A DNA stretch of 57,405 bases, filler included, from Thelocarpon superellum (lineage: Eukaryota): NCBI GenBank assembly GCA_026025795.1. It is 3 parts of 3 records of this genome, joined end to end, with 100 filler letters (N's around TTAATTAATTAA, not from the genome) between each part and the next. Parts side by side here need not be neighbours in the genome. Positions count along the whole stretch, not along the records: positions 1 to 19,104 come from JAPEUG010000350.1; 2 more parts are not named here. The stretch is one strand, 5' to 3'. Below, in pieces: positions 1 to 10,632 of this stretch. How positions within the stretch are numbered: position 1 is the first letter of the stretch; each line of letters begins with the position of its first letter. Both the position numbers and the translations under genes were made by a program. A model generated the notes under the pieces. That model made no database searches. It saw only the letters and a program-made list of their open reading frames with translations, and was not told the DNA's origin.

Positions 1-188
1 GGCCCGACGGCGACGTGGCAGGCGGCAAGGGACGGAGCTCAGAGAAGGGCAAGGAGGTATTGATGGGCCTCGGCCAGCGATTCAAGGAGGTCCTCAAGCT
101 GCGGGACACAGAGCAGGTCGAGTTTTCCGGCCACACGGACAGCGCGCACAGCGGCAGTAGCCGCGCCAAGGCCAAGTTTGTGGTTTAA
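1..188 (+). CDS. Probable 3' end of an upstream gene (partial, unknown product)
   Basis: An open frame runs from position 3 (PDGDVAGGKGRSSEKGKEVLMGLGQRFKEVLKLRDTEQVEFSGH...KAKFVV) to TAA at 186-188, with GC3-rich codon usage. No family recognised. Confidence 0.45.
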   Translation, partial: PDGDVAGGKGRSSEKGKEVLMGLGQRFKEVLKLRDTEQVEFSGHTDSAHSGSSRAKAKFVV

Positions 189-1008
189 TGGACAATCTAT
201 CAACTCCTAGCACCAGCACTAGGAGAAAGAGGTGACAAGGGGAGTGAAGGGGAGAGGCGGGTGGGGATGGGGAGAGGAAGGGAGGGAGCCGATAATGGTA
301 CGAGCAAAGTGAAGCGGTGAAGGAGAGGAGGAAGGGGTCAATTCCTTCCTTACACTTTCACGACCACTACTACTTAGGTATGGGAGTACTTATGGAACGG
401 TAGAAGATAGGTCCGAAAGCACCTAATTAGGGAACACCTCACGTCTTACGTCTTACGACATGCTGGCGATACTATCTAACCGTCTGCCCGTCGCCTATCT
501 GTCTGTTCCGTGTCTGACATCTTCTCATCCTCGTGCCCATCTCACCCTCCTCGAATGCCCATTTTTTGTCTTACGTCGTACCAAAGGCGAAATCTACGGT
601 CATGCACCATCATTGGGGACAAGGGCAAGGACGAGGAGAGGAGGGTTCACACTAAGACAATGCGGTAGGTACTGGACAGATTTTTCTTGCTCTGTTTTGT
701 CGGTTTGCATCGGATGCACAGGCATGAGGTGAAGGATGAGTTGAAAGGAACGAGTCGTCAAGCACACATCTCCCACTGCAATCAATCACAATCAAGCACG
801 CACAACGAAAGACAGCAACGCAGCGGTATTACTATACACTCTGCTGTCACGGCCGACGCGTCGTCTCCTAACGATGGACCATGGGCTTTCTCTCATAACT
901 CATGCTTCCAGGTCAAGTCATCCACCACCACCAAACCATCTCGCGCAATTGGCGCTGTTCCCCGCATTGCACTTGCAAACGATAAGTGCAGTGAGGCTGT
1001 ACCTATCT

Positions 1009-2222
1009 CTAGGCACCCTCGTCATCATCGCCAACCTGCTCACCGTTAGCGATTGGAACCTGCCAGCTTCCTTGAAAACATACTCGGAGGGCACCCTCGC
1101 GCTTGCCGAGTCCATACGCCCACACACCCTCGATGACAAGGCTGCTCGAATCAAGGACATCATGGGAAAGAAGGAGCCTATGGTGGTCAGCGGGAATCAC
1201 ACCAGGATGACGCACAACAAGGCTCACCAGAAACCAAACACTGGCTTGGCCAGCACGTCCAAGACAGCATAGGCAATGATCTCAGCATCGACGTTAATCT
1301 TGCGAGCGCCGTCGGCGATGCCCCACACACTGCATCGGTCAGAAACTGTGCTCTCGGCTCGCTAGCACTCCCACTTACACCGGGTACACAGTCCAGATGA
1401 TCAGGGTGAATCCGGCAATCGAGTTGAAGAGCGTAGCCGTCTTGGAATCCCGGGCCAAGGCGTTCTGTCGGCCACTGACCGCCAACTGGAAGATAATCAC
1501 CAAATAGGCGATGCACGCAATGGCGTAGTAACCTGCCAAGTCAGTTTCTGGGGTCAGGAAGATAGGCCCACTTCTGCTTACCCCATTTCTGGCTCTCGTC
1601 GCCAGCAAATGCCGCGAATAGACCAGTCAGGATCATGACCAGGTCGGCCACAATGGCTACCGTGATGTTGGCACCGTTCATCCCTGCAAGCAGGGCGAGG
1701 TCCAACAACAAGAGCGGCGTGGTCAGACTCCAGTCAACGTAACGTGCCCAATAGACCGCACGGAGGACAGTCCGGAAGGTGTCAGGAACGAGATCATTGG
1801 CCTCCTTGACCGAGGACGAGACCAGAGAGATTCCATCACCACTGGCCATGGCAAAGTACGAGATAGCGGCGAAGGCGGTGATGAACGCAGTGATGGTGTG
1901 GAAGAACCGTTTTTGCTGCCGTTGTCAGCGAGACGACCAGCGCCAGAGATAATGCCAGACTTACCACCGGGGTACGGAAGGCCAGTCCCGTGAAGATGAT
2001 GGTCGAGATCAGCATGAGGACGAAGACGATCCTGCCGAGCGTCAGTCCAAGCGCCGAAATCTCTCCAGTTGACAGTACATACCAGAGAGTCCGCTGACCC
2101 GTCTCGGTCGCAACCTGGTACTCCGGACGGCTGGGATGGACAGTGGGAAGAGGAGCCACCGAGGTGGCCTCTGCCAGCATCGTGGCCGTGGCCTGCTTGG
2201 CAGCCTGGATCGGATCGTACAT
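1009..2222 (-). CDS. Fungal type-1 opsin (Leptosphaeria rhodopsin/NOP-1-like), 7 exons
   Basis: The spliced product has seven hydrophobic segments, helix C WARYVDWSLTTPLLLLDL, helix G AYAVLDVLAKPVFG (retinal Lys) and C-terminus GALRVGDDDEGA. Six GT-AG introns with branch motifs restore the frame. Confidence 0.95.
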
Positions 2223-3046
2223 GATGACGATATGGCGTGGTAGAGCAGTGAGAGTGAGTTACAGAGGGGCGTTGAAGGAGAGAGATGTTCGGTGCGTATC
2301 GAAGAGTCGTCGAGGTGTAGAGAGGTAATGAACAGGATATAAGCAGTTCCTCGAGAGGGCGGTGTGAAAGGAGTTCAAGTTGCGGGGTTGTGGACGAGAA
2401 AGGCGATGGAAAAGCCAAACCTGGGAAGCCTGGTTATTGGGTGGTACCGACAGACTTGCTTGTTGCAGCATTGGCCGCGGTAAGTACGAGTCATCAGTTT
2501 GGGGCCTCCGTATGGCATGCAGCGTGCGGTGCACGGCGTTTAGCACGGAGCAGGGGCGTAGGATGGTCTACTCGGACTCAGCAAGTCAGTAAGCGAGGCA
2601 ATACATCATCATCACAACATTTGTCGCTGGTTTGTCCAGCTCGGAAGGTGCTCCTAACGCGTTCCAGCTAGACCAAGCAATCTGCCCCGCCACAAGCAAC
2701 ACCCGCTCCCCGCCCAAATGCACTAAGGCGCTCCGCCTGACTCTCCAACCCTTCCTCATTGCACCGCTACCCCGTCTTCATTCGAGAGACCCCGTGTAGC
2801 TTCCGTCCGCATGGACCTGGTCCATACGGATCGCTTCAGTCCGCCGCGCCTGGCGTCGAACTCTCCCCCGCTTTTCCGCACTTTGCCCTTCCCCTTCGCG
2901 GCTCAGCCTCCAATCGATTGGCAGATCGGGCGGCCCTGACGGGCACAATCGTTACGCCGCTGTTCAGAGGCATCGATCCTGTGGACGCACACGAGGTCGA
3001 CCCTCGGGCAGGTATTGGCCCCGCTTCCGGGGTGCCGCTTTTGATT

Positions 3047-3079
3047 GGATCGAGCCGGGGATCGAGCCGGGGATCGAGC
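3047..3079. repeat. 12-bp tandem repeat (GGATCGAGCCGG) x2.75 containing three GATCGA cores
   Basis: Read directly: ggatcgagccgg ggatcgagccgg ggatcgagc. It lies in the opsin/ZRT intergenic region. Confidence 0.8.
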
Positions 3080-4218
3080 TGCAGTATGAGACCGCACGGG
3101 TGCCGCAGGCCAAGTCATTGATGGATGTCTGCTGACCCTGATATCAAAGCGCTTTGAGCATACCCTTCCAATCAACCTGCTGGTTGGTGGTTGCCATGGG
3201 TTTAACATTCCGGCGAACTGGCGTTGCTGAATTCCAACTCGCCCCGTACTTCGTACTCGCCCTCATCCTCGCAGTTTGCTCGGCAAGCCACAGCAGCACC
3301 GCCACATATGACGTAACATTTTAGTAGGACGGCTTTGACCCGTTCTCGGAATCTACTAGACGCCGCCGTAGTAGTACGGTGGTGCCAACTATCAAAGTCG
3401 ACATAAGCCTTCCCCTGGACCAAACCCATGTTTCGTCGCTTTTTCTTCTTTTTTATCCGGAAAGGATGCAATTGCTGGTTTAATCTAGGAAGCCGGTTCA
3501 TCTTTCGTAGCTCTTCGATTAATGCGGCAAGGGCTTGATCTGACCTTGATTTTGCGTCGCAGAAACGTCAGACAGCCTGGAAAATGTGATTCTGGCCTTG
3601 GCTGCCGCTCAGGTGGCCGTCGAGAGTGTACTTTTACTTTCAGTCTCCGGTTGCCTGGCTGTGATTAAGCTATCTAAGATCCCAACGGTCGTGTCTGTTC
3701 GACATTCCCGCGGGTCATTGACGGTCCGAGGGACTGTTTCCAGAGAATCTCCCCGTCCCTTTTTCCATCTGGACTATTAGTGGTGGTGATCCAGATTCTT
3801 CAGGTACGGACCTTGTATCAGGCACCGTTTCGCCGGAGCCTGGCGGATGATAAATCATTTGATACATCATGGCATGCCCTCATTGGAACATGTGAGCCCC
3901 TCATGTGCATTGCAACCTGCGGAGGCACCGGCACAGCAACGTGCCGACAGATCGCCAGTCTCGGAGGCAATTCGCTTTGCCAAATGGCTTTACACCCGAA
4001 GGTATTACGTCCATGGGCTGCCCACCGGCGGATCCGACTCGGAGAGCTGCCAAGTCGTAGTCGGAGGTCGCGATTCGTCGGATAGAACGATGACTAATGT
4101 CTCAAGGGTTCAGCGTCTCACGAAACGGTCGTGAAGGCGCCGCCCACACCCGATTGGTATCTATTTCGATATATCTTCCCGTCTTGCCTCTCAGGATCAG
4201 GATCGACCATTATGATCA

Positions 4219-4412
4219 CAGGGTGATTTCTAGCCCTTCACGGATCAAATCCACGTTGATCGTGTTCACCCCACTTGGCGTTTTCGAAGAGATTATTGTA
4301 TGATTGGTAAGGAAAGAGAGTTTCCACACGTACCGACAAGCTAACATGATTTCGCCAGGACGGCTCGTCAGGAACCTTGATGGGAAGTAACCACCAAGGT
4401 GCCCAACAAGGT
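4219..4412. promoter_or_regulatory. Cluster of CARGGT cores, candidate ZafA/Zap1-type zinc-responsive elements
   Basis: CAGGGT at 4219, ACCTTG at 4374 and CAAGGT at 4395 and 4407, about 360-550 bp upstream of the ZIP transporter ATG. More ACCTTG at 3543 and 3810. Confidence 0.55.
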
Positions 4413-4769
4413 ATGCGCCTGGTGCGCAGCGTGCAGGCCATGCGCAGAATACCTGGATGGGTAGGGGGGGTTTTCGACCCGTTCGATATTTCCATACCAT
4501 GGTAGGTCTATCCCACGACCGCATAACTTCAAAGGCAACATCGACCGGGCCGTTTTTATGGAAGCTTGGGCCAGTTCAAATATCGGACCAAATCGCCGAA
4601 GACACCACCTCGATCTTTTCCATGGAGTTATAGACGGGTAAAGTCACGACCCTTGACACTCTCGTCTCGTCGGCTTCGGTCAAGCGACGCTCGTCCATCA
4701 AAGACGTAGAAATCCTCCTGCCTCGACCCCTTCGACCGCTGATCCGGTGCCTGACGGTGTCTCGGCATC

Positions 4770-5897
4770 ATGTCGACGCCCGCGTTCGATCCGACGTCGG
4801 TCGATCTCACCTCTGCGGATCCGACCGAGGTGGTGTGCTTCCTGAACGCATCATCCAACGAATATAACGGCCATCTCGGTGCTCGAGTGTCCGCACTCTT
4901 CGTCATCCTCATCGTGTCGACGGTCGTCACCTTCTTTCCGGTCGCCGCGAAACGGATCACATGGCTACGGATTCCGCTCTATGTCTACTTGTTTGCACGA
5001 TACTTCGGAGCAGGCGTCATCGTCGCGACGGCCTTCATCCACCTACTGGACCCGGCCTATAGTGAAATCGGGCCGCAGACATGTGTCGGGATGACGGGTC
5101 ATTGGGCCGACTACTCGTGGGTGCCCGCCATCGCGCTAGGCTCTGTGATGCTGGTCTTCCTCCTCGACTTTGGTGCGGAGCGGTACGTCGAGACTAAATA
5201 CGGCATCCACTACCACGAGGACGTGCAAGAACGCGTCACGGGTACCCCGGAGCGATCCAACCTGAATGACGATGGGACCCATGGCATCTCTACCTTGGGT
5301 GTGCCCCCGAGCAAGGCCGAGCAACCGGAGCCATCGGAGCCCAGGGGATCTTCCGGCCATGGCTCGGGCACGGATGTTGAGGCAGGCAAGACGCTCGCGG
5401 ATGAGTACGCTTTCACGCAACAGATTGCCGCCTTTCTGATCCTCGAGTTTGGCGTCATCTTCCATTCCGTCATCATCGGGCTGAATCTTGGTACGGTCGG
5501 GGACGAGTTCGGCACGCTCTACGTCGTCATCGTCTTTCATCAAGCCTTCGAGGGACTGGGCATCGGCGCCCGTATGTCCGCCATTCCATTTCCTAGGCGC
5601 AGCTGGCTCCCATGGCTCCTGTGCTTAGCCTACGGCTTGACCACACCCATCGCCATCGCCATCGGCCTCGGCCTGCGCACCACCTACGATGCCGGGTCCT
5701 TCACGGCCAACGTCGTCTCGGGCGTGCTCGACTCGTTGTCGGCCGGTATTCTCATCTACACCGGTCTCGTGGAGCTGTTGGCGCGCGACTTCCTGTTCAA
5801 CCCGCACCGGACGCAAGACAATCGACAGCTGACGTTCATGGTCTTTTGTGTTTTCCTTGGCGCGGGGATCATGGCTTTGTTGGGCAAGTGGGCGTGA
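4770..5897 (+). CDS. zrt1: ZIP-family plasma-membrane zinc transporter (Zrt1/ZrfB-like), intronless
   Basis: 375 aa with ARYFGAGVIVATAFIHLL, LEFGVIFHSVIIG, FHQAFEGLGIG and C-terminal MALLGKWA. Confidence 0.95.
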   Translation: MSTPAFDPTSVDLTSADPTEVVCFLNASSNEYNGHLGARVSALFVILIVSTVVTFFPVAAKRITWLRIPLYVYLFARYFGAGVIVATAFIHLLDPAYSEIGPQTCVGMTGHWADYSWVPAIALGSVMLVFLLDFGAERYVETKYGIHYHEDVQERVTGTPERSNLNDDGTHGISTLGVPPSKAEQPEPSEPRGSSGHGSGTDVEAGKTLADEYAFTQQIAAFLILEFGVIFHSVIIGLNLGTVGDEFGTLYVVIVFHQAFEGLGIGARMSAIPFPRRSWLPWLLCLAYGLTTPIAIAIGLGLRTTYDAGSFTANVVSGVLDSLSAGILIYTGLVELLARDFLFNPHRTQDNRQLTFMVFCVFLGAGIMALLGKWA

Positions 5898-7260
5898 TGA
5901 CATGATGACGCGTTATGGCTGGGCATGGATGGCGATATTGATTTCCCAGCGCCGCGCATGACGACCGTGGACGACCATGGTCATAGCCGTCCTGCGCACA
6001 CGACACACGACAGTGCTGTCGTCAGCATCAGTCTTCCGCAACGAGCGTGGTGGAACGGACAGCCTCTAGAGCGATCTACCACACATCCCTACCCAGTTAT
6101 CTCCATTGTACTCGTCGACAAGCGACTCGAGCCTCTGTAGAAAACATATACCCGGTACGGTTGCTGAGAGGAAGAAGTCTTCCTTTTGCACCCGCATAGT
6201 ATGTAAGTGCACGGAACAAGTGGTGCCATAATCCACGACATGCATCAATGCTTAGTGATGGGTGGTGTGGGCATGGCGGAGCCGATCATGGCGGTAGGGG
6301 ACGGAATGGTAATTGTTCAGGCGTTGCGGCTCTCTCCACCAATGGGATCGCGCCCTGCGTTGGACCATCGTGCCCCGGCTCCAATCCTGGACTTGCGCTT
6401 GTGCCCTAGTAGCCGTCCAGGAATCATGCCGACGATGGCCGTTCATCCTTCCAACGGCTATGCTGGTTCAAGCGAACGTCGACGACTCCCGCCACGACTT
6501 AGTGGGCCCGAGCACGTGCCGGTTCGCGCACCCCTCCAAGCACTGCCTCCACTGGGCGACGTCGTCGTCGTAGGAGCACCGCATAATGCCAATCTCCGCC
6601 GTCATCGAGGGATCTCTTTGATGGATTCGCCCAAGCTCATCGCAGGCGCTCATCGTTTGTCCACGCAATCCTTCCGCCAAGCCTAAGCAGCCGATGATCG
6701 TCCGCCTGGCCGGTTCAAAGTCGAATCATGTTCGTCCGCTCGGGCTCTCGACGAACAGCATAGCTTTGGAGGAGGCTCCCCTCGGCCCACCCCAAGGATC
6801 ATACCGATATCGATAGGATGCTTTCCCTACCGGCCGCCTGACGTGGCCGTGCGTGCGCTGCAGCTCAAGTTGTGTTCATGAAGCCATGAACAATGGAAAC
6901 CATATTCCCCACCACCGTGCGGCTGTGCCTCTTGGGTCGTGTGCGCGGTGGAGGATTCAGATACTTAACCACACGGCTCGTCCCATTCTTTCCTCCGCCA
7001 TCCATTTGCGGTCATTGTCCGGCTCGTCAGCCGCTTCACTCTTTTGTCCTTTGTACCCAGCTTCTGTCATTCTTTGAAATCCCTCACCGTCTCTTCAGAC
7101 AATCACGTTCGTTCGTATCACTGCCTGTTTCCCCGTTCACTTCTCGACAAATTTTGTCGACCAAGATTGACACCCGATCGCACTCATCCACAGTGTCCGG
7201 TCGCATTTATATCATCGCAATCTTTAATAGGTATCTTGGCGGATAGTTCAACTCGATAAG

Positions 7261-8140
7261 ATGTTTCCGTCCTCTTGTCTTTTGACTCTGGGGAGCCTCC
7301 TCGTGGCTCTGTGCGTATCCTCTCCGTTCAACGGTGCCGCTGAACGAGACTGACGAGCGTCTCTACAGGACCATGGCTATCCCCCAGCCCATGTCTCCAC
7401 ACCTGGCCCGGAGAGGCATATTCTACCCCCTAGTCAATGACCTGGTGTGCGCGGCCAACACCGCGACCTTTACGATCTCGATCGCCACTGCGCCTGGAGA
7501 CACGAGCACCTTTTGGAAGAGTCAAACCATTCTGACCACGTCCATCGACTGCAAGGGATGCAACACCGTCACGTCGGTGACAGTTGGCGGGGACAGCAAA
7601 ACCTATTCCCATACCGTCTTTGAAACTAACACGCCGACGACGACATATGTCTACATCTGCCAGACCACTCCGCCTGTACCTGGTGCGCCTGCGGTCGGAA
7701 ACAATTCGCCTCCAGGGCCGACGAACCCGCCGACGGCAAACAACCCCCCTCGGAACCCAAATCCCCCGGCTGCCAACAACCCTCCGGCGAACCCGAATCC
7801 CCAGGCTGTGAACAACCCTCCCACGAACAACCCCCCGCCAAACAGCCCTCCGCCAAACAACCCACCCGCAAACATGCAGCCGCCTAATTCGAACCCTGCG
7901 GTAGCCGAGGTCGTTCAAGGGACCACGAGTAGTACTTCCTGGGCCACGACTTACACCGGCCACTTTGTGATTCCGCAAGTCAACCCAAACGATCCCAACG
8001 TCAAGGCGGAGATCGACGGCACGGCGTGGACAGATGATACTGGTGGCGACGATAGCAACACTGGTGGCGACGAGAGCGGCAACAGCGAGGTAGACGCGTT
8101 TGCGGAGTCTCTCCAATTTGCGTACGGCCTTGCTGGCTGA
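7261..8140 (+). CDS. Secreted hypothetical protein with a Cys-containing N-domain, NNPP repeats and an acidic tail (2 exons)
   Basis: ATG at 7261. Removing intron 7311-7368 (GTGCGT..CTGAC..CAG) gives signal peptide MFPSSCLLTLGSLLVALTMA in frame with the ORF ending at 8140. Confidence 0.75.
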
Positions 8141-8603
8141 AATTCGTTTCGATACTTCCGTCTCGCATTGTTGCGTCAATGTTCATCAATCATCGTCTAC
8201 ATCTACTCCACATCTTGCACATCACAGGTACATTCATGCTTGGTTCATCACTCCGGTTGAACAATATGGCGGGAGGTGGGGGGCAGCATATTGGGGGCGC
8301 ACACAATAACGTGTTGTAATGACCGGATTTCTTTTTCTCTCTTTCCATCTCCTCTTCGAAGCTTCTAACTTCTACCATGACTTACGCCGGAGGAGGAAGA
8401 AAAGATGGGGAACCGTTCGGTTCAAAGTGCAAAGCCAATAGGGAGATAAAACGGAGCCGGGTCGGATGAGAAGCTTGGCTAGTACGACATTTGGATGACT
8501 AGATCAATAGACTTATCGCCTCATTATCGCGTCTTGGTTTGAACAGAGACCCAGCGATTGGTACCGACAATATGCTTTAGGGCAGAAAGAATAATTCCTG
8601 GGA

Positions 8604-9792
8604 CTATACATTCTGAAGTATCCCCGGTCGAATTGCTTCGAGCTTCTGCGAAATTTCGGCCCATACTTTAGCCTGGGTCTGCTTTCCATCCTCGGTGCGG
8701 ACGCTCTTTGAGGGTCTGTTGTGACGCGTCAGTAATCTCTATCGCACAGAACGGTACCGCTGAGGGGAAAGAAGCCACGCGTGCGTGGAGAGGCTCGTGA
8801 AGAAAGCAGCAGCAAAGCAAGGCGTCGACTTACTCCTCAATCGCGCAATCGGTGAAGTATCTACCATTGCTCTCCATACCCAGCTGGGAGGCGAAGACGA
8901 AGTTCCGGCTCCCGGCCTCTGTCGAGCGCGCCGTGAGGGCTTTCAAGCCCCACAGGAACATCCCTTTGAGTCCCTCGGCATCACGCATCAGGTCGGAGTA
9001 GCAGAATCCCGGATTGGCCGTGTTGATGGCTACCGGGGGCTTTTTCGGCGAGTCGTTGGCTCTCGGGCCCAGCTCACGCACGATGTATATCTCGAGGAGC
9101 TTGGAAAGCGGATATCTGCCACGTGCCGGGTCAGAAGGGAGAGGCCTCTCATGGTCATTGGGATGGTGAAGAGCGAGAAGTGAAGGGCGCAGACGGACTC
9201 ACCTTCCTGACATATCGGGCGCGGCCGGGTTATTGATCGCGTCGAAAATATTCTCGCTATGTCTCTCTGGAAATGAGGCCACTTGGTGCATGTCGGACGT
9301 GACGATGGTCAGGCGGGGCACGAAATTGAATCTCGAGGCCGATTCGCGCAGTTTGGGCAGCATTAGCAACGCCAGCAAGAAGGTGCTGACCACGTTGACG
9401 GTGATGGTTGACTCGTTATCCTCCAAGACCTGGTATTTGTCCACGGAGATGCCTGCATTCTCCACGACGGCGTCCAGACGCGGCAGTCCCTGGACCTTGG
9501 CGGCGAAGCTCATCACCGACTCGTAGCTGGATAGGTCCAACGCCCAGACTTCGACGACATGGGCACGTCCCGTTGACTGCTCGATGGATTTGCACGCCTC
9601 GCCCCCCTTCTCGACGCTCCGCACGCCGAGGATCACCTTTTTGGCATTGAGACGCACAAAGTGTCGCGCCGTTTCGAGCCCGAGCCCCGTGTTCGCTCCA
9701 GTGACGATGAGCGTTTGCCCGGTGAGGTCAAGCTCTGGGTAGGGCAGCTTGACGAAGAATTGCGACCTAATGAATGACAATAGAAAGGCCAT
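8604..9792 (-). CDS. Short-chain dehydrogenase/reductase, RDH12/WWOX-like subfamily (3 exons)
   Basis: TGANTGLG, ENAG, catalytic YPLSK and NPG motifs. The last exon ends LEAIRPGILQNV* at 8604. Confidence 0.92.
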
Positions 9793-10632
9793 GATGGAGC
9801 TTATCGGCAAGGAAGGTTTTGGTGGAGGGGTCTTGTTCAAGGAGGGATGAAAACCCTCAACCTCGTTGATTTCGACCCGCGAGCTGAGCCATCCAGTACA
9901 GGGAATGCATTATGTCATATCTGCGTAGAGTAGGAATTCCCCACTAGATTCCCCGAAAAGGATACCTGAGGCAACCGTCGTACGCAAGCACCTGCAGGAC
10001 GTGGACAGATACGCGGAGCGCTCTCGTCCTATGGATCGGAAGGAATAGTTGTTCCCGGAGTACTCCCGCCGAAGCTGGAACATCACACTATCATGACGTT
10101 ACGGCCTCCAGTAACATCGTAAGACTTCGGCAGCGCTGATCCCTGTTAGTCGGTGCCGTGCAGTTCCGTGGTGCCGACTTTTTAGCTCCTTCCTCCGCCC
10201 GCCCGGAAGAATCTCACCTATCGACCTCCCAATAACAACAGATTGATGATCGACCTCAGCCTTTTGCCACTGGACGAACTGTTGTATACAACTGCTTGCG
10301 TCCATCATTGTTGGCCCACGCTTGAATCTATCCGCATTCGCTTGAATTTGTGGAGTCTCGAGTCAAATTTGTTCGCTTGCGATCAGTAAACCCATTTTTA
10401 CCGTGCGGAAATAAAATGAAGATACGCGTCTTGATTCCGTTCCTCGGACCGCGCATGCAGTCTTCAAGCAGCCAACTCACTGAACTTGAGATTTCTATTG
10501 AACTCTGGTCGGTCACGATTGATCGTGTTGGAATCTGGTATATTCGATATTTCACAGCACTAAAACACACAGCTTTGGCGTGCCCGCCGATATTTTACAC
10601 TTGCATCAACCGTCATCCCTGGGAAAACATCT

